This document shows positions 38,012 to 50,566 of a stretch of DNA of 64,000 nucleotides, one piece after another. A program made the translations under genes and the position numbers. Position 1 is the first letter of the stretch; each line of letters opens with the position of its first letter. The stretch is from Macrostomum hystrix (Eukaryota > Animalia > Platyhelminthes): positions 7,936,001 through 8,000,000 of the forward strand of contig CATNEN010000001.1 of NCBI GenBank assembly GCA_950097015.1, in the 5' to 3' direction. The notes beneath the pieces were generated by a model that searched no databases, was not told the origin of the DNA, and was given only the letters and a program-made list of their open reading frames with translations.

Positions 38012-39254
38012 TTCCTAGGTTTTTAGGCTCTTACTTTAATTAGGCAAAAAAAATTATTTCTCTATAGAAATATTAGAACATTTAACAATTTCAGAGAAGC
38101 CTTCTTTTTGCTTGGTGCTGCATTTGTCACAATGCCACTGACCAGAAATGCATTTACAATTCCAATTTAGAAAGGGGGTTATGTGGTAACCTTCTCTTAT
38201 CTACACAGCCAGTTAGCTATGTAGTCCTAGTCAGTCCTAGTATATGGCAGACTTGGTCATGCGCCAATTGCTATTACTATAGAATTGTTTGTTACATGAG
38301 TGTTCTGCTTAAATTAGATTCTTCTATCTTTCTTAAATCTAACATTACTTAATGAATGAAACAAACATAGTTTAGCATAGGCATTAGCAGCTACATTGTT
38401 TGATAAGTATTGTTGCTACATCATGAGAATCTGAGGATAATTGTATTACTCTAACATTAAATGGGACAAGGCCAATGTATTACTTAGAACAAGGGTAAAG
38501 AAAAATGTTGAATAGTAAGCAATACAATTGTAGATTGACTTCATTTACGTACCTCAAAAAGGACCCCTGAATTGTTGCAGCTTTGTAAGCTCACCCATAG
38601 ACAAATTTATTCATGCCATGACATTAGCACACAACTTTTATTATTGGATATTGCCATGAACTATAACAAACAAGTTAGTTGCTAGTACATCATAAACCTA
38701 ATTTGCTCCATCTTTAATTTTTTTGACATTATAAAACATAGAGAAATAACAAAAGACAAAAAATAATTTCTAGAATGATACTATTGATACTAGGCCCCTA
38801 TAATATTGCTGCTGAAACAACCAGAATTTTTACTAAACAATAAGCAGTCATCCCCCTAATTTTCTATACTGTTGTCACACTGTACTATTTAAGTTATGTT
38901 GACACTTTTGTAGTGTTTAGTTATTAAAAGGACTTAAATTCTTGCTAGAGAACAATTGCCAAGAGCATTTGGGGATAGCTAACAAGCACAAGGTAGGCAC
39001 TAAGCAATGCTAATTATAAAAACCCTTAAAACTCATAGGCCTACTAAAATCCAAATAGCTGTATCTATCAAGCTTATTTTTTATTATTGAGGAACTAGCT
39101 ATAAATAAAGTTGGATGTCTCCAGCAATAAATGTTAGTCTTGAACTTTGTAAAAAGTAAGTTTTATTCTATTTCTTAACATTGTCATTATCCTCACTTAA
39201 AACAATAACAATTTTTACATAAAGATGCTATATATAGTTTTGCTATGACATAAC

Positions 39255-40262
39255 CTGGACCATGACAGATGTGCTAGAACACCAGCTGGACGCAGCACAC
39301 TCCAGCCTGCTGCACACTGCCTTCAGCGTGTACCATCACACCAAACACGTCACCAACCAGGCTCTCTACCAGCGGGCCAAGCTGAGCCCTCCCAGCGTGA
39401 CCCTGCGACAGTGCCACCTGAGGCTGGCAGGCCAAGTCATTTGCGCCGAGTCCTACTGCCTGGAGCCACTGCAGGAGGTCTTGCTGTACACGTAGCAGGG
39501 CCCATTCCGGCGGGAGCAGGAGTGGACCAGGAGGTTCATTGACTGTCTGACACCATAGTCAGGATAATGTACATTACACCGGAAATTTCTGGTGTAAAAT
39601 TGAAAATTTAAATTTTTTTGGTATACAATTGGCGTAAAAAATGAGGCAAAATATATTTGGCGTACCTTTTGGTGTGACGCCGTGGCATAATTACGCCAAG
39701 CAGCATATGCCAACTCCAACCTTCATGCCAAAGTTAATATTAACAATTGTTGGCATAATGCCATAACCTTATAATCTTATTATAAAATCATAAAAACCAT
39801 AAAACTCGTAAGATAAAATGAAAGTTCATAACTAGGCCTATTCGTGATTAATAAAAATTTAAAATTGTATGCAAACTAATCATTTAATTTTCTAAAAATA
39901 ATTTACTTGCTTGTAATCTTTGTGAAGTTCATGGTACATAATTTGACTTTAAACACCCAAAAAAGGTAATTTATTGTCGCAAAGCCTAGAAAACCTGGCG
40001 TAAGTTCCTAGGACCTTGGCATACGTTTCAGTAGGGCCTATGAAGTGGCATAGATTTTTTAGGGGACTTTTTATTCCAGCGTATACCATGACATGATCCT
40101 GACTATGGGACTCTGATAGAAGACACCAGGGCGCCTGATCAGATCAATGGCGCTACCTTCATCAGAGACTGCGCAGCTAAGCGTGCTTTTCGACAATTTC
40201 CCCCTTTCCTGACCACTTGTGGCCGGTGGCCATTGTATTTATTGTATTGTATTGTATTGTAT
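39255..40262 (+). mobile_element. 3' fragment of an RTE-like non-LTR retrotransposon, interrupted by a MITE
   Basis: LDAAHSSLLHTAF...HVTNQALYQRA...TLRQCHLRLAGQV...GPFRR...FIDCL resembles the RTE ORF C-terminus; resumes after 40108 and ends in a (TATTG)n tail. Confidence 0.7.
39553..40108. mobile_element. MITE with 18-bp TIRs nested in the LINE fragment
   Basis: ccatagtcaggataatgt (39553) and acatgatcctgactatgg (40091-40108) are inverted with one mismatch; AT-rich non-coding interior; no clean TSD seen. Confidence 0.75.
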
Positions 40263-43158
40263 GCTATATATAATAATACTGCGATTATAACCAATAAAGC
40301 CAAAATTTTTTTAGTTCAAACTTAACTTTTATGCGATCCTGTAATAAGTCACCTATATTAGCTATAAAAGATACAAAAAGGGCAAGCAAATACAACAGAA
40401 AAACATGACATGACAACGGCATGCAGTAAGAGTAAACAAGGCGTAGGCAAACGAAACGCGATTGCGAAGGATAGTAGAAATTAATTAAATAAATAGGCAA
40501 CGCTTTTTATCGAGAAGTCGAGAAATCTAAGCAAGCCGCTAAATAATGGAATACTACAGTAGAAATTATGCAGATGAGTGCACGTATGCTTTCGTCATTA
40601 TCGTATTACATAATACGTATTGTGACGCTATTTCCTAAAATACTTACGTTTAGAATGATTTAAATGCTTTGTGTTAAAACAAAGTAGAACACATTGTGTC
40701 TGAACTATAGAGTCAATTTTAATTTAAACCAATGCTTTACTCCTTTCTTACGTTAAAAAGCTTTTTCTGTATATAAACTTTGAATACTTTTTCTAGTTCG
40801 TTTGTTTTTGCACCTCCAGAGGTACATTATTCAGAGATGTGATGTTTCTCTTACTGTCTATGACTGGAGAGAACGCAGAATGTAAAAATAAATCTGCGAA
40901 TCCGATTGGCTTAATTTAAAGGTGGACAAAATGGACGCATTGTACTTGTAAGATAACATTAAATATCACCAGAGATTAAAGATCACCCGAGACAATAAAG
41001 CGTTCAGTCTCAATTGACGCTCTTGCCGAGACGTAGTAGTTCATTGGTGTACATGCACTGCAAAAGCTTCAGTCATGTATTTGATTGACTGCATGCTTCT
41101 CTATCCTCAGCAGTAATTGCTTGACTCGTTATATAATGCGGTGCTAACACTTAGGTAGGACCTTTGCTAAGGACCGCTGAAGAATAAAACAACTGCTAGG
41201 ACATAAAACTCAAAGCTCTGGGCAAATCCAACAGCAGAAGGCCAGATCACCAGGAAACAGTAGTAACAATAATTGCAGTTTCTGGTGTCGATCTTTTTCT
41301 GGTGATGATTTCTTATATCAGTCTGCAGAACGATGGCTCCAACAGTGTCGATGAAGGCGCGACCGATTGGAGAACGAGCTCGTTTTGACGTACAAGAATT
41401 ACACATGTGCAGTGGCGCAACCAGGTTTTGCTTTAGGGGGGGGCGGTCTTTGCGTAGAATGCCCCGCGGGCCGTAGGGGGGGGGCGGCCGCCAGGTGGAG
41501 TGCGCCCTGTTTCGCGGCTTTCGCCCACTATTCCTGGGCCAATTTCAAGGGCCGTTAGGGTAGGGCCCAGACGATTTATAAGGTTAAAAAATCAGAACGC
41601 ACCCACGATTATAATGAAAGCTTGAAAATTAATATATGACAAATGGTCTTGGACTTGGTCTTTGGTCTATGTACGTTTGGACTTGGGGGACAGGGAATGA
41701 GATGTGTAACACATGGACAAAACCTAACGGTGCTTGCTTACCGGCATCTTCCTAGATACGAAAAAGCTCGATGATCAATGCCGAAATGGCACTGCTTGCT
41801 TTTTATTTATATTTAGATTTTAGGTTAAAATAATGCGTATTATAAGTGTGTATGTGCGGCTTAACAAGTTTAAGAAATGTCGAACGATCGAATGACGCGC
41901 GAAACGATCGGACCGATCGCCAGAGGTACATGGGCTGCCCCAAACTGGTCCAGGAAACCTGCAGGGTTACTTCTCGCTTAGACTTACTTTTTTTTACTGT
42001 TCACGTGTATCTGGGCGTATAGCACCTTTAGTGTTTTGGCTAGCGAGAATTTCGTTTGTCTTTTGCCGCCTGTGACCCAGAATTTTGCACCACGTATCTT
42101 CCTGTCATAACTAATGTGATTTCCTCGAGCTTAATTTCTTAGTATTTAGGCAAACGCTGCCCACAGCTCAAACTTAGCCTATATAAGTGCCCTTAATTAA
42201 GTGATTGTTTTTTTGCAGTGTAGAGCGCTTGATTCTGATGTGCGTGTTTCTGGATTTTTCCCAAAAATAATTCACCCAGGGGTGACAGAAGCAGACAAAA
42301 GATGGCTTGTCTCAGCAGCAGAGAACCAATGTCCCCCAGCAGTGTAACGACCTCAAAAATTGGTCGTAATTAACCCAAATCTTATTAGGCTAGACAGCAG
42401 GCCAATATTTTTATTAAGCGGTGCAAATTTATTAACGAAAGCTTGGACCTGCACAGGGAAGTTAATTGTTTTACCCATAAACGAATTATGGTAGGGGAAC
42501 TTCATGCAATGGAGAACAATTTAAGGTGAACGCATATTGATCCATCGTACCAAACAGTAGTAGATTGTGTAAATTCAATTGTCAAATAGGTGTGCACTGT
42601 ATCGGTAATTAATAACAATTAGCCAGTTAAAAAACAATGGACAGGAATAGTGGTGCTGCTGGCGATCAATCAAGCCAGGATGCAGGAAATGGTTCAGCTA
42701 AACTCTTGTGATGGACTCAGTAGCAGAGAAGGATTTACAAACTCAGTGCGTTCGCGCTATACACGATCTATAAATAAACTTTCATAATTTTGAGTTCGCT
42801 GTGTACTGTATTTACCTTGACTCACCTCACTGCAATTTACCACGGATGCACAGTGACCTGTACCTAGGCGTTAATGAGGCTGCTGAATGATGTTTATATA
42901 GTCACTGTGGAACGAAATTAAATTCGCTGATCATGATTTTTTTCGCTTGATAAATTGATCAAATAAAGAAGCAGCTATTTTAGAATTTCAGGCTTGCTAG
43001 CAAACAGGGCATGAGAGTGATGCTTGCATTGGCTGCAGCATTTCGCTTCCTTGAGCTAATAAACACCGATTACGACAACTTTCATACCAACCGTGGTAAA
43101 AGTTCAGTAAAAAATAGGGATAGACGATCGTTTATGCAAGTCTTCTTTATCCTCGACA

Positions 43159-44793
43159 TTATTTTGTAACTTCTTCAACAACTTGCGGTTCCACATTTGT
43201 CCGAACCTTGCCAGGCAAGCAGCACCTGGTTGCTAGGGCAGCCAGACAGAAGTCGTGCAGCAGTTCCAGTAGTTCCATGGCAGACAGCATCGACATGCCC
43301 AGAAACAGGCCCAATAGGCCACCAATGTCGGCAATGAGCGAGTTGAAGCTGTATGCCAGAGACATTTGCACCTCATCACTCATCCGGCTGAGCGCTGACA
43401 GCTCAACCTGAACAAGTGAATCTCGCGCATCAGAGAATGTTCCATTGTACATCAGATAGTGCAAGCCAGGCTCAGCTTCAACTGTGAATGTTTTTTTTAA
43501 CAGGTAGGGCTTGACTATTTCGAACCAGTCGCGTTCGATCGGCCAAGTGCCGGATGAGAGTTTGTAGGAGTACACTCGCCTGCTGCACTGCCTGTAAACC
43601 TCGCATTTCTCTCTAGCCATGTCTAATAGTCGAGATCGGAGAAAGTAGACCTCATCAGCAAGCAGAAACTCGCTACCGAACTCGCTGATGTTGAAGCACG
43701 ATGGCAGCGATTTGAATTCCCAGGTCAGTGGGATTCTCCACGCCGAACAGTTGAAGTATTCTTGTGACAAGCGAGCGATCTCTCTGTACCAGCAGATCGC
43801 TTGGCTGCCAGAAAATTTCTGCTTCTCGCCTGTGTACGGATTCACAATGTTAATCTCTTCGCCACTAATGTGACCAGGGCAGCTGTTGTCAAAGTCTGCT
43901 GGATTATACACAATGTCCTGCATCGAAATCTTCAACCTGTGCTTCTTACCGGGTGCTAGCGACAGCTGAGTATCAAGCTCGCTAGGATAATGTCCTCTGG
44001 GCACCAGGTAAAGTCGCCATCCCACTGGCGTTGTCATATCCAAGCCGTAGTCTAAATTCAAATCGATTGGTTTGAGATTAATCGATTGATTGTTAGAAAG
44101 CATGTGTGAATCATTCGCGGTGCTATTGTCAAACGGTCGGGGCAGCTGCGGATCTAGTAGCAGCACAATCACAATGGCATTCGATGGCTTTCGCAAGGTG
44201 ACCAATTCTAACTCGCTGAAATTCAGTCGAAAGCAATTCAGATACAGCGGATGTTGAAAAGTGGCCACTCTTGCAATATCCACTCCGAAGAAATAGTAGA
44301 ATAGCACAGATTGCCTCCTCTGGTTCGCAAGCCTCTCGTAGAGAAACTGCTTCGGCAGGGTATTAGCCAGTCTCAGAGCGTAGTTCTCCAGGTGTGCAGT
44401 TGCGCCTAGCAACTCAATTTTATCAGCCAGGCTGTCCAAAACCGAACTCCTGTAGCGGCTAAGCAGGTGGCCATCTCCATCGTTCAGCCGTACAGAGTAG
44501 CTACCTGATATTGGCTTCTCATTGCACATGTACACGTCGGGAAAGTTGAACTCCAACGCATTGGCCCGAATGGTTGTGGCCACCTCTCTAGCCGCGAATC
44601 TTTTGTAGACATCGCTGATTCGCAAAGTACAGAACACAACCGAGACTAGAAAGGCTACCAGCCAAAACAGCTTCAGATACAATGGACGCTGGTCGCCTGT
44701 CAAGCGTGACAAGCCATGAACACTGGTCGCAGAGAGGTAATTGCTAGTCGCTGCTCTCATACGACTTTGAGCCCATTCAGCTCCGGTACCCAT
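43159..44793 (-). CDS. Intronless DEG/ENaC (amiloride-sensitive/ASIC-like) channel subunit, ~544 aa
   Basis: TSVHGL pre-TM1 HG motif, TM1 FWLVAFLVSVVF, FPDVYMCN, LNCFRLN, Cys-rich thumb, TM2 ADIGGLLGLFLGMSMLSAMELLE with a GxS filter; first ATG at 44793. Confidence 0.95.
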   Translation of the reverse strand: MGTGAEWAQSRMRAATSNYLSATSVHGLSRLTGDQRPLYLKLFWLVAFLVSVVFCTLRISDVYKRFAAREVATTIRANALEFNFPDVYMCNEKPISGSYSVRLNDGDGHLLSRYRSSVLDSLADKIELLGATAHLENYALRLANTLPKQFLYERLANQRRQSVLFYYFFGVDIARVATFQHPLYLNCFRLNFSELELVTLRKPSNAIVIVLLLDPQLPRPFDNSTANDSHMLSNNQSINLKPIDLNLDYGLDMTTPVGWRLYLVPRGHYPSELDTQLSLAPGKKHRLKISMQDIVYNPADFDNSCPGHISGEEINIVNPYTGEKQKFSGSQAICWYREIARLSQEYFNCSAWRIPLTWEFKSLPSCFNISEFGSEFLLADEVYFLRSRLLDMAREKCEVYRQCSRRVYSYKLSSGTWPIERDWFEIVKPYLLKKTFTVEAEPGLHYLMYNGTFSDARDSLVQVELSALSRMSDEVQMSLAYSFNSLIADIGGLLGLFLGMSMLSAMELLELLHDFCLAALATRCCLPGKVRTNVEPQVVEEVTK

Positions 44794-44876
44794 TTCGTTG
44801 TACAATCTATCCGCTAAAGGTCTAGGTTAGAGGCTTTGATCAGTATGTTTAAAATAAAGCGATGGGACCTGAGAGG

Positions 44877-44884
44877 CTTTATAG
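44877..44884 (-). promoter_or_regulatory. Candidate TATA box (TATAAAG) of the DEG/ENaC gene
   Basis: Minus strand cctataaagcc about 85 bp upstream of the ATG; CCAAT motif at ~44932. Confidence 0.35.
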
Positions 44885-45044
44885 GTTGGCTATCGGAGAA
44901 GAAGGCTCCAGTGGACTTAATGCATACGGGACCAATCAGTGATCCTCTGGCAGTCCTCTTTTCTCTATCCCCTGTCTAAAAGTGCATGCGTATCATCGCT
45001 TCTCTGCGTCATCTCTCATGTTCCTCCTATCAACCGTGTCTTAA

Positions 45045-45735
45045 ATCTTCCCCGAGTCTCAAATCTCTCCCGAGTCTCAAATCCCTCCCGAGTCTCAAAT
45101 CTTTGCCGAGTCTCAAATCTCTCCCGAGTCTCAAATCTCTCCCGAGTCTCAAATCTCTCCCGAGTCTCAAATCTCTCCCGAGTCTCAAATCCCTCCCGAG
45201 TCCCAAATCTCTCCCGATTCTCAAATCTCTCCCGAGTCTCAAATCTCTCCCGAGTCTCAAATCCCTCCCGATTCTCAAATCTCTCCCGAGTCTCAAATCC
45301 CTCCCGAGTCTCAAATCTCTCCCGAGTCTCAAATCTCTCCCGAGTCTCAAATCCCTCCCGAGTCCCAAATCTCTCCCGATTCTCAAATCTCTCCCGAGTC
45401 TCAAATCTCTCCCGAGTCTCAAATCCCTCCCGATTCTCAAATCTCTCCCGAGTCTCAAATCTCTCCCGAGTCTCAAATCTCTCCCGAGTCTCAAATCCCT
45501 CCCGAGTCTCAAATCTCTCCCGAGTCTCAAATCTCTCCCGAGTCTCAAATCTCTCCCGAGTCTCAAATCCCTCCCGAGTCTCAAATCTCTCCCGAGTCTC
45601 AAATCTCTCCCGAGTCTCAAATCCCTCCCGAGTCTCAAATCTCTCCCGAGTCTCAAATCCCTCCCGAGTCTCAAATCTCTCCCGAGTCTCAAATCCCTCC
45701 CGAGTCTCAAATCTTTACCGAGTGTCAAATCTCTC
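45045..45735 (+). repeat. 18-bp minisatellite (tctcaaatctctcccgag)n
   Basis: Read directly; related to the 16-bp family. Confidence 0.95.
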
Positions 45736-45949
45736 GCGTGCCTTATCTTTCCCGTGTTTGTGAGTTGAAGCAAAAATGCTTTCCAATTTTTTTATTATGG
45801 ACAAATGATCTGCGCTAGTAGAAACAAAATAGACTTTCCGCCTCCTCAGGATTCAGAGTTCAAGGAATTCCACTGTTTTAATGACGAATTCCAGGTGAGC
45901 TTTTTTGCTAAAGATATTAAGCTATTATGGTGATTCGACGCATTTTTTA

Positions 45950-46130
45950 AAATACTTCATTCGTGAATAATTTATCTTCATTTTATTTTCCTTTATTTAT
46001 CATGAAGCACAGAAGCAACCAAGCAGACATATAATTAGCCTACATCTTGTCCGACAGACTGAGCAATGAAAACAACTTCATAATTCTAAAAAAACTTAGT
46101 GTCCCATCCTTCTTCTTCTAGTGGTCCTTG
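45950..46130 (+). mobile_element. Non-autonomous P-like element fragment (right end)
   Basis: Ends cttcttctagtggtccttg, the reverse complement of the 2218 terminus; shares an internal segment with ~2500-2540. Confidence 0.45.
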
Positions 46131-46772
46131 GCACTTGATTAATCTCAAAGTTATGTGGTTATTCCTCTTTGCTTTGTTTGTGGTTACTTTAGCGCACATG
46201 CTGTAAAGCCTTGGTGCATATATACGAAAATCAAGTACGTAAAAGAGAACGGGGAGCATAGCTCTTAAATCACGTATATTCATATTTGCATTTTTTATTT
46301 CGTGCATTATTGCTACCTTCTGTGTCATACTATAGTTGGACTCTAAAGCTACTATATAGGCATGCAAATAGAAGCTTTCATGTTGTGAAATTGAAAAAAT
46401 CTAACTAAATGAATTATGATTAAGTGCATAAAATTACAAGTGTATTACTTTGTTTTGCTTCTTTTAAACGCCTTTAAATAGTAAATTATACATATAATAG
46501 TCACAAAAAGTTCGTACTTTTAAAATCGAGATTATACCATTAAAACAAAATTTAGAAAGCGAAAACAAACAATAATTCAGTTGAAAAATAACTGCTTTTA
46601 TTTTAATAACCGTAATAAAAACTCTGAATATAATACTTCAATTCGATACTTAATAAACTTTTAACGAAAACTAACCTATAGAAAAAAACTACCTAAAAAG
46701 TATGTTAAAGACAGCTTAATCAATCAAATTTACACATCGTTAGTTGTGAACCCGGAAATTGACTGAAGGACT

Positions 46773-49727
46773 TTAAGACTGACTCCTCAGCCACTCAGTC
46801 ACAACAGGCAAGCTCTTCTTCATCCAGTTGATGTTGATCTTGACAGACTCCAGGACATTGGTGACAGCCCGGGCGGCATTGGCCAGGATGTCGGAGTTTT
46901 TCGCCTTGAACTCTTCCAGTTCGCGGAGCCGTTCCGCAGTGTTGAAGCCGGACAAACTGGAAATGTAGCGAGACAGCGAGAATATGCCGGTCTGACGACT
47001 GTGGATGTTGGCCCAGCTGCTGCGCAGGAAGTCCCACAGTATTTGCAGTCCAATTGAATTGCCTGACACGCTGGAAATTACCAGCGCCGCGTCCTGCCTT
47101 CGGACCTTGCTGTCGTCCAGTGAGTACATTAGGTAGCGATTGAGCAGCCAAGGCTCCTGGGTGCAGGCCAGAGCTCGGATCATGTCGTATTGAACTCCTG
47201 GATAAGTCTGGATGATCATTGTATTGAACAGATGGTCCCACACTTCGGCATTGGAGGTGGCGATGCCGGTGCAAAGGACCGTGTAGCGGATGTCCGGATC
47301 CATTGGAGAAGTGTAATTTGAGTCGGCGTACCTTCTGAACTCAGAAGCGGCGTACGACTTGCAGTCTCCGATTTCATAGCGACAGGCTGCACGCACTATG
47401 TGCTCGCGGGCCAATTTTGTCAAGTGTGAGTCGGTGGCGCGGCGAACAATTCCAATCCGGTCATAGATTGGTGTCACCAGCTTCCTCATGTATGCTCTAA
47501 ATAGTCCGTACTCGGCTGATTGCCGAAACAACATCGAGTAGAAATAGAGAAGCTGTCCCAAGGCTGACACCCACGGCGCAAGGTGGGTCTCATTTTTTAA
47601 ATACTTGGTCATGTTCAGGGGGATGCCATAGTCAATGTAGCCGGCCTCGGCTAGAGCAAAGCTGTCGTCAATGAGGCGAGCTCTATCCTGCGGCGTGAAC
47701 ACTGAATGATCAGCAATGAGCTGGCTGGTCAGCGCTTCCCAGTTAGCTAAATCGTAATTAACTCGATAAAACCCGGTCGATCTCAAATTTAGCAGGTACC
47801 ATTCTAATGACGAGTTGATTGAGAAAGTCTGTGTCTTTTGACGCATCCACTGAACCAGGTGAGAAACCTGCGAGCCATTCCAGGTGGTGACGTTATCTTT
47901 AGTAGCCATGGTGATTGGGATAATCCAGGTATAGTCATAGGGACTCGGGTATCTGGAATCAGGTGATTGGCTCGGATCGATGAGGAAGTGCTGTTGAGAT
48001 AATATTAACTCGTTGCCACGACGTAAGCAGCTAACAGCTGGGTATCCCATCTGCTTGATCCATCGGTCCATTATTTCTCCTACATCGATGTCTTGACCAT
48101 TGGCATTGGCCTCATTTGTTAGACTTCTGTAGAGCTCCGTATGGAATGTATTGGAATAATTATTGCTTTTGAGGTAGCTGCTAACTCCAATTCTGAATAC
48201 AGCATCGCCTACTGAGTTGTACAGCATCCGGAGTACAGAACTGCCCTTGCTGTAAGTAATCGTATCAAAGATCTCGTTCACCTCGTCCGGATTATTGACC
48301 TCAACGTAGATTGGATGGCTCGAGGCGATGCTGTCCGAGTTCAGTCCACGCTTTAAATCCTCAACAACAAACTGGGCATCGTTCTCCCACTCGGGGTGAA
48401 GCTGGTGCATGGCCAGGATTTCGACGAACGAGGCGAAACCTTCGTTCAGCCAGATGTCATCCCACCAAGCTGGCGTGACCAGGTTTCCGAACCACATGTG
48501 CCCCAGCTCGTGAGCAATGATGGCCACAGCCAGCTGCAAATACGACGACTTGTCAATCTGCGTGTCGCAGACCAGGTAAACCTCTCGATACATAATTAAT
48601 CCCCAGTTTTCCATCGCTCCGGCGCTGAAGTCAGGAATTGCGGCCTGGTCGATCTTCGGCAAAGGGTACTCTATGTTGAAGTACTGCTCGAAAAAGCTCG
48701 TAATGTTTCTGGCGATGTACTTTGAGCACTGGATATCGTTAGCCCTCTCTGGCCTGGCCCAGGTCACATACTTGCGCCCCTTGCTATCGGTGATGAATGT
48801 GTCATCAAACTGGGAGACAAGAACCGCTAGCAGATATGTTGACATAATCGGCGTAGTTTGAAAGTCCACCCTAATAAAACTTCTTGGACCGTGGGCCGTG
48901 CTTCCAAACCAGTCACTGGCTTGAACATGGCTGGTGGATGATATTGGCATGTTGCTGGCAGCCTTAAAGTTCTGGTGCCTAATAATACCGACATCAAAGG
49001 TGGCCTTAAAGGCGGGCTCGTCAAAGCAAGGAAACGCTTTGCGGGCATCCGTCGCTTGCATCTGCGAAGCCACCAAGTACTTTTCCACGCCCTGCTCCAT
49101 GTAGCTGCTCAGGTAGAGCCCACAAAGGTCTCGCCACAAAGGACCGCGAAACTTGTCCACCACAATGGTATAGTTCTGACCGGCCTGGAGTGGCTCAGAC
49201 ATTGTCACACTCTGCCACTGCCTTATCGGATCCTCTTCAACAGTTGACACGGTCAGATTATTACCATTTCTATCCGTAACGCGAGGTCTAGAAATCGCCA
49301 GCTTGTTGGTGTGAAGCTTAAAATTGGCCGTGTTGTTCAGCACTCGTACAAGAATGCTCACCTTGCCGGTGAAGTAGAACTCGCTATCATTGTTGGAATA
49401 GATAAACGGGGCTAAAATCAGTGAGTAGTGAATCGGTTTCACGCTTGTCGGCAGCCTTAGGTCCTTGATCGGTGGTGGCCTCGTGGTTGAGCTGTGCACC
49501 GTTACTTCATGCGGTTGAGTAGTGACAGTGACATCAGTGCAGCCAGGTTTGGCAAAATAAACAATCATTGAAACAACAACTATGCAGAGGAGAAAAATAC
49601 TTGCTATGCCTACCAGCTGTTTCTTCGACATGAAGACGCCCTTGATTGCGGCGTCATCTCTGACTATGGAGAATGAGCCCTGGAGACATTTCTCGGGCGT
49701 GCAGTCAGATCTGCGATCAAGTTTCAT
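46773..49727 (-). CDS. ANPEP: Intronless M1 family membrane alanyl aminopeptidase (aminopeptidase N-like), 984 aa
   Basis: Type II TM anchor, RLP..VKP.HY, ARKAFPCFDEP, GAMENWG, HELGH-x18-E (WLNEGFA), YSKG catalytic Tyr, ERAP1-like C-terminal domain. Confidence 0.96.
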   Translation of the reverse strand: MKLDRRSDCTPEKCLQGSFSIVRDDAAIKGVFMSKKQLVGIASIFLLCIVVVSMIVYFAKPGCTDVTVTTQPHEVTVHSSTTRPPPIKDLRLPTSVKPIHYSLILAPFIYSNNDSEFYFTGKVSILVRVLNNTANFKLHTNKLAISRPRVTDRNGNNLTVSTVEEDPIRQWQSVTMSEPLQAGQNYTIVVDKFRGPLWRDLCGLYLSSYMEQGVEKYLVASQMQATDARKAFPCFDEPAFKATFDVGIIRHQNFKAASNMPISSTSHVQASDWFGSTAHGPRSFIRVDFQTTPIMSTYLLAVLVSQFDDTFITDSKGRKYVTWARPERANDIQCSKYIARNITSFFEQYFNIEYPLPKIDQAAIPDFSAGAMENWGLIMYREVYLVCDTQIDKSSYLQLAVAIIAHELGHMWFGNLVTPAWWDDIWLNEGFASFVEILAMHQLHPEWENDAQFVVEDLKRGLNSDSIASSHPIYVEVNNPDEVNEIFDTITYSKGSSVLRMLYNSVGDAVFRIGVSSYLKSNNYSNTFHTELYRSLTNEANANGQDIDVGEIMDRWIKQMGYPAVSCLRRGNELILSQQHFLIDPSQSPDSRYPSPYDYTWIIPITMATKDNVTTWNGSQVSHLVQWMRQKTQTFSINSSLEWYLLNLRSTGFYRVNYDLANWEALTSQLIADHSVFTPQDRARLIDDSFALAEAGYIDYGIPLNMTKYLKNETHLAPWVSALGQLLYFYSMLFRQSAEYGLFRAYMRKLVTPIYDRIGIVRRATDSHLTKLAREHIVRAACRYEIGDCKSYAASEFRRYADSNYTSPMDPDIRYTVLCTGIATSNAEVWDHLFNTMIIQTYPGVQYDMIRALACTQEPWLLNRYLMYSLDDSKVRRQDAALVISSVSGNSIGLQILWDFLRSSWANIHSRQTGIFSLSRYISSLSGFNTAERLRELEEFKAKNSDILANAARAVTNVLESVKININWMKKSLPVVTEWLRSQS

Positions 49728-50566
49728 TCCAGCGGGTTTATCGTTGAGCCAGTAGAGTTGAGGCTAACAAGGACACAGAAACTTGCCTTTTATTGCCCTA
49801 TACAGTGTACTGCTTTCTGCAGCTTAGTGGCAGTAGCAAATTTGCATCTTAGTTCAAAACATGATTGGCGCCCAACCCCAGGGTGACATGAGTGGCACGC
49901 AGAGCTCGCATTTTCGGTTTCAAGTTTCTACGCATAGAGACACTGCAGAAGCGGCTTATTTCTGAAAAGCAACCAAAAATCTTTAAATATTTGAAAGAAG
50001 GTCAACTTGCGAGCAGTTGAATTGCGTTGGCACTGGATCTGTTTACATTAACAACAGCAGCGTTGTCGGGTGTGAACTGACAGGTAATAAAATCTTGCAG
50101 TCGCATCGAAGATTTTCCAGTCACATGAGGTTTGGTAGCCTTTAAATTTAATGATATGCCAGCTAGCTAGCCTGAATGTGTGAAAATCAGCATTCAAATG
50201 GCCCACCAAGTTAACTCTCTTGAGTGCTTGAATATTGGGGCGTAAATATCTAAAGATCTGACCTCCAAGGCGTGTGGAACTCTAAACCGATAGAAATCTA
50301 CATGCTACACATTATACCTGCTGTTACTATGAACGAATGATATGCGTGCATTAACTGTGATGTCAAACTATTCCTGCCAGAGCAAAGGTGAATGACAGTT
50401 GCATAATTAAACATGAATTAAATAAGCACTGCATTTTGTTTAAACGATCGCTTTAAATTTTTTTTGTTTCTAGATAATCAGTTAGTAGTTTGCAATTAAC
50501 AGTCAAACAGTTTCAATGCTAGTGAAGTATTTTTTCACAAAGTTATTCCTCATCCTACAACAGAAC

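Noticed and set aside
41410-41570. hAT-like MITE start (cagtggcgcaaccagg...G-runs)
   Set aside because: No matching right terminus or TSD found by eye.
2218-46130. A 44-kb composite transposon bounded by inverted CAAGGACCACTAGAAGAAG ends
   Set aside because: The flanks (cgaatttg versus gcacttga) give no target-site duplication; two independent fragments are simpler.
49728-50566. Trans-spliced operon linking the propeller gene, aminopeptidase N and DEG/ENaC (AATAAA at 49789-49794 just before a pyrimidine-AG at ~49764)
   Set aside because: The AATAAAAG could equally be a TATA-like box with a CCAAT at ~49863, and the channel has its own TATA candidate; this cannot be decided without spliced-leader reads.
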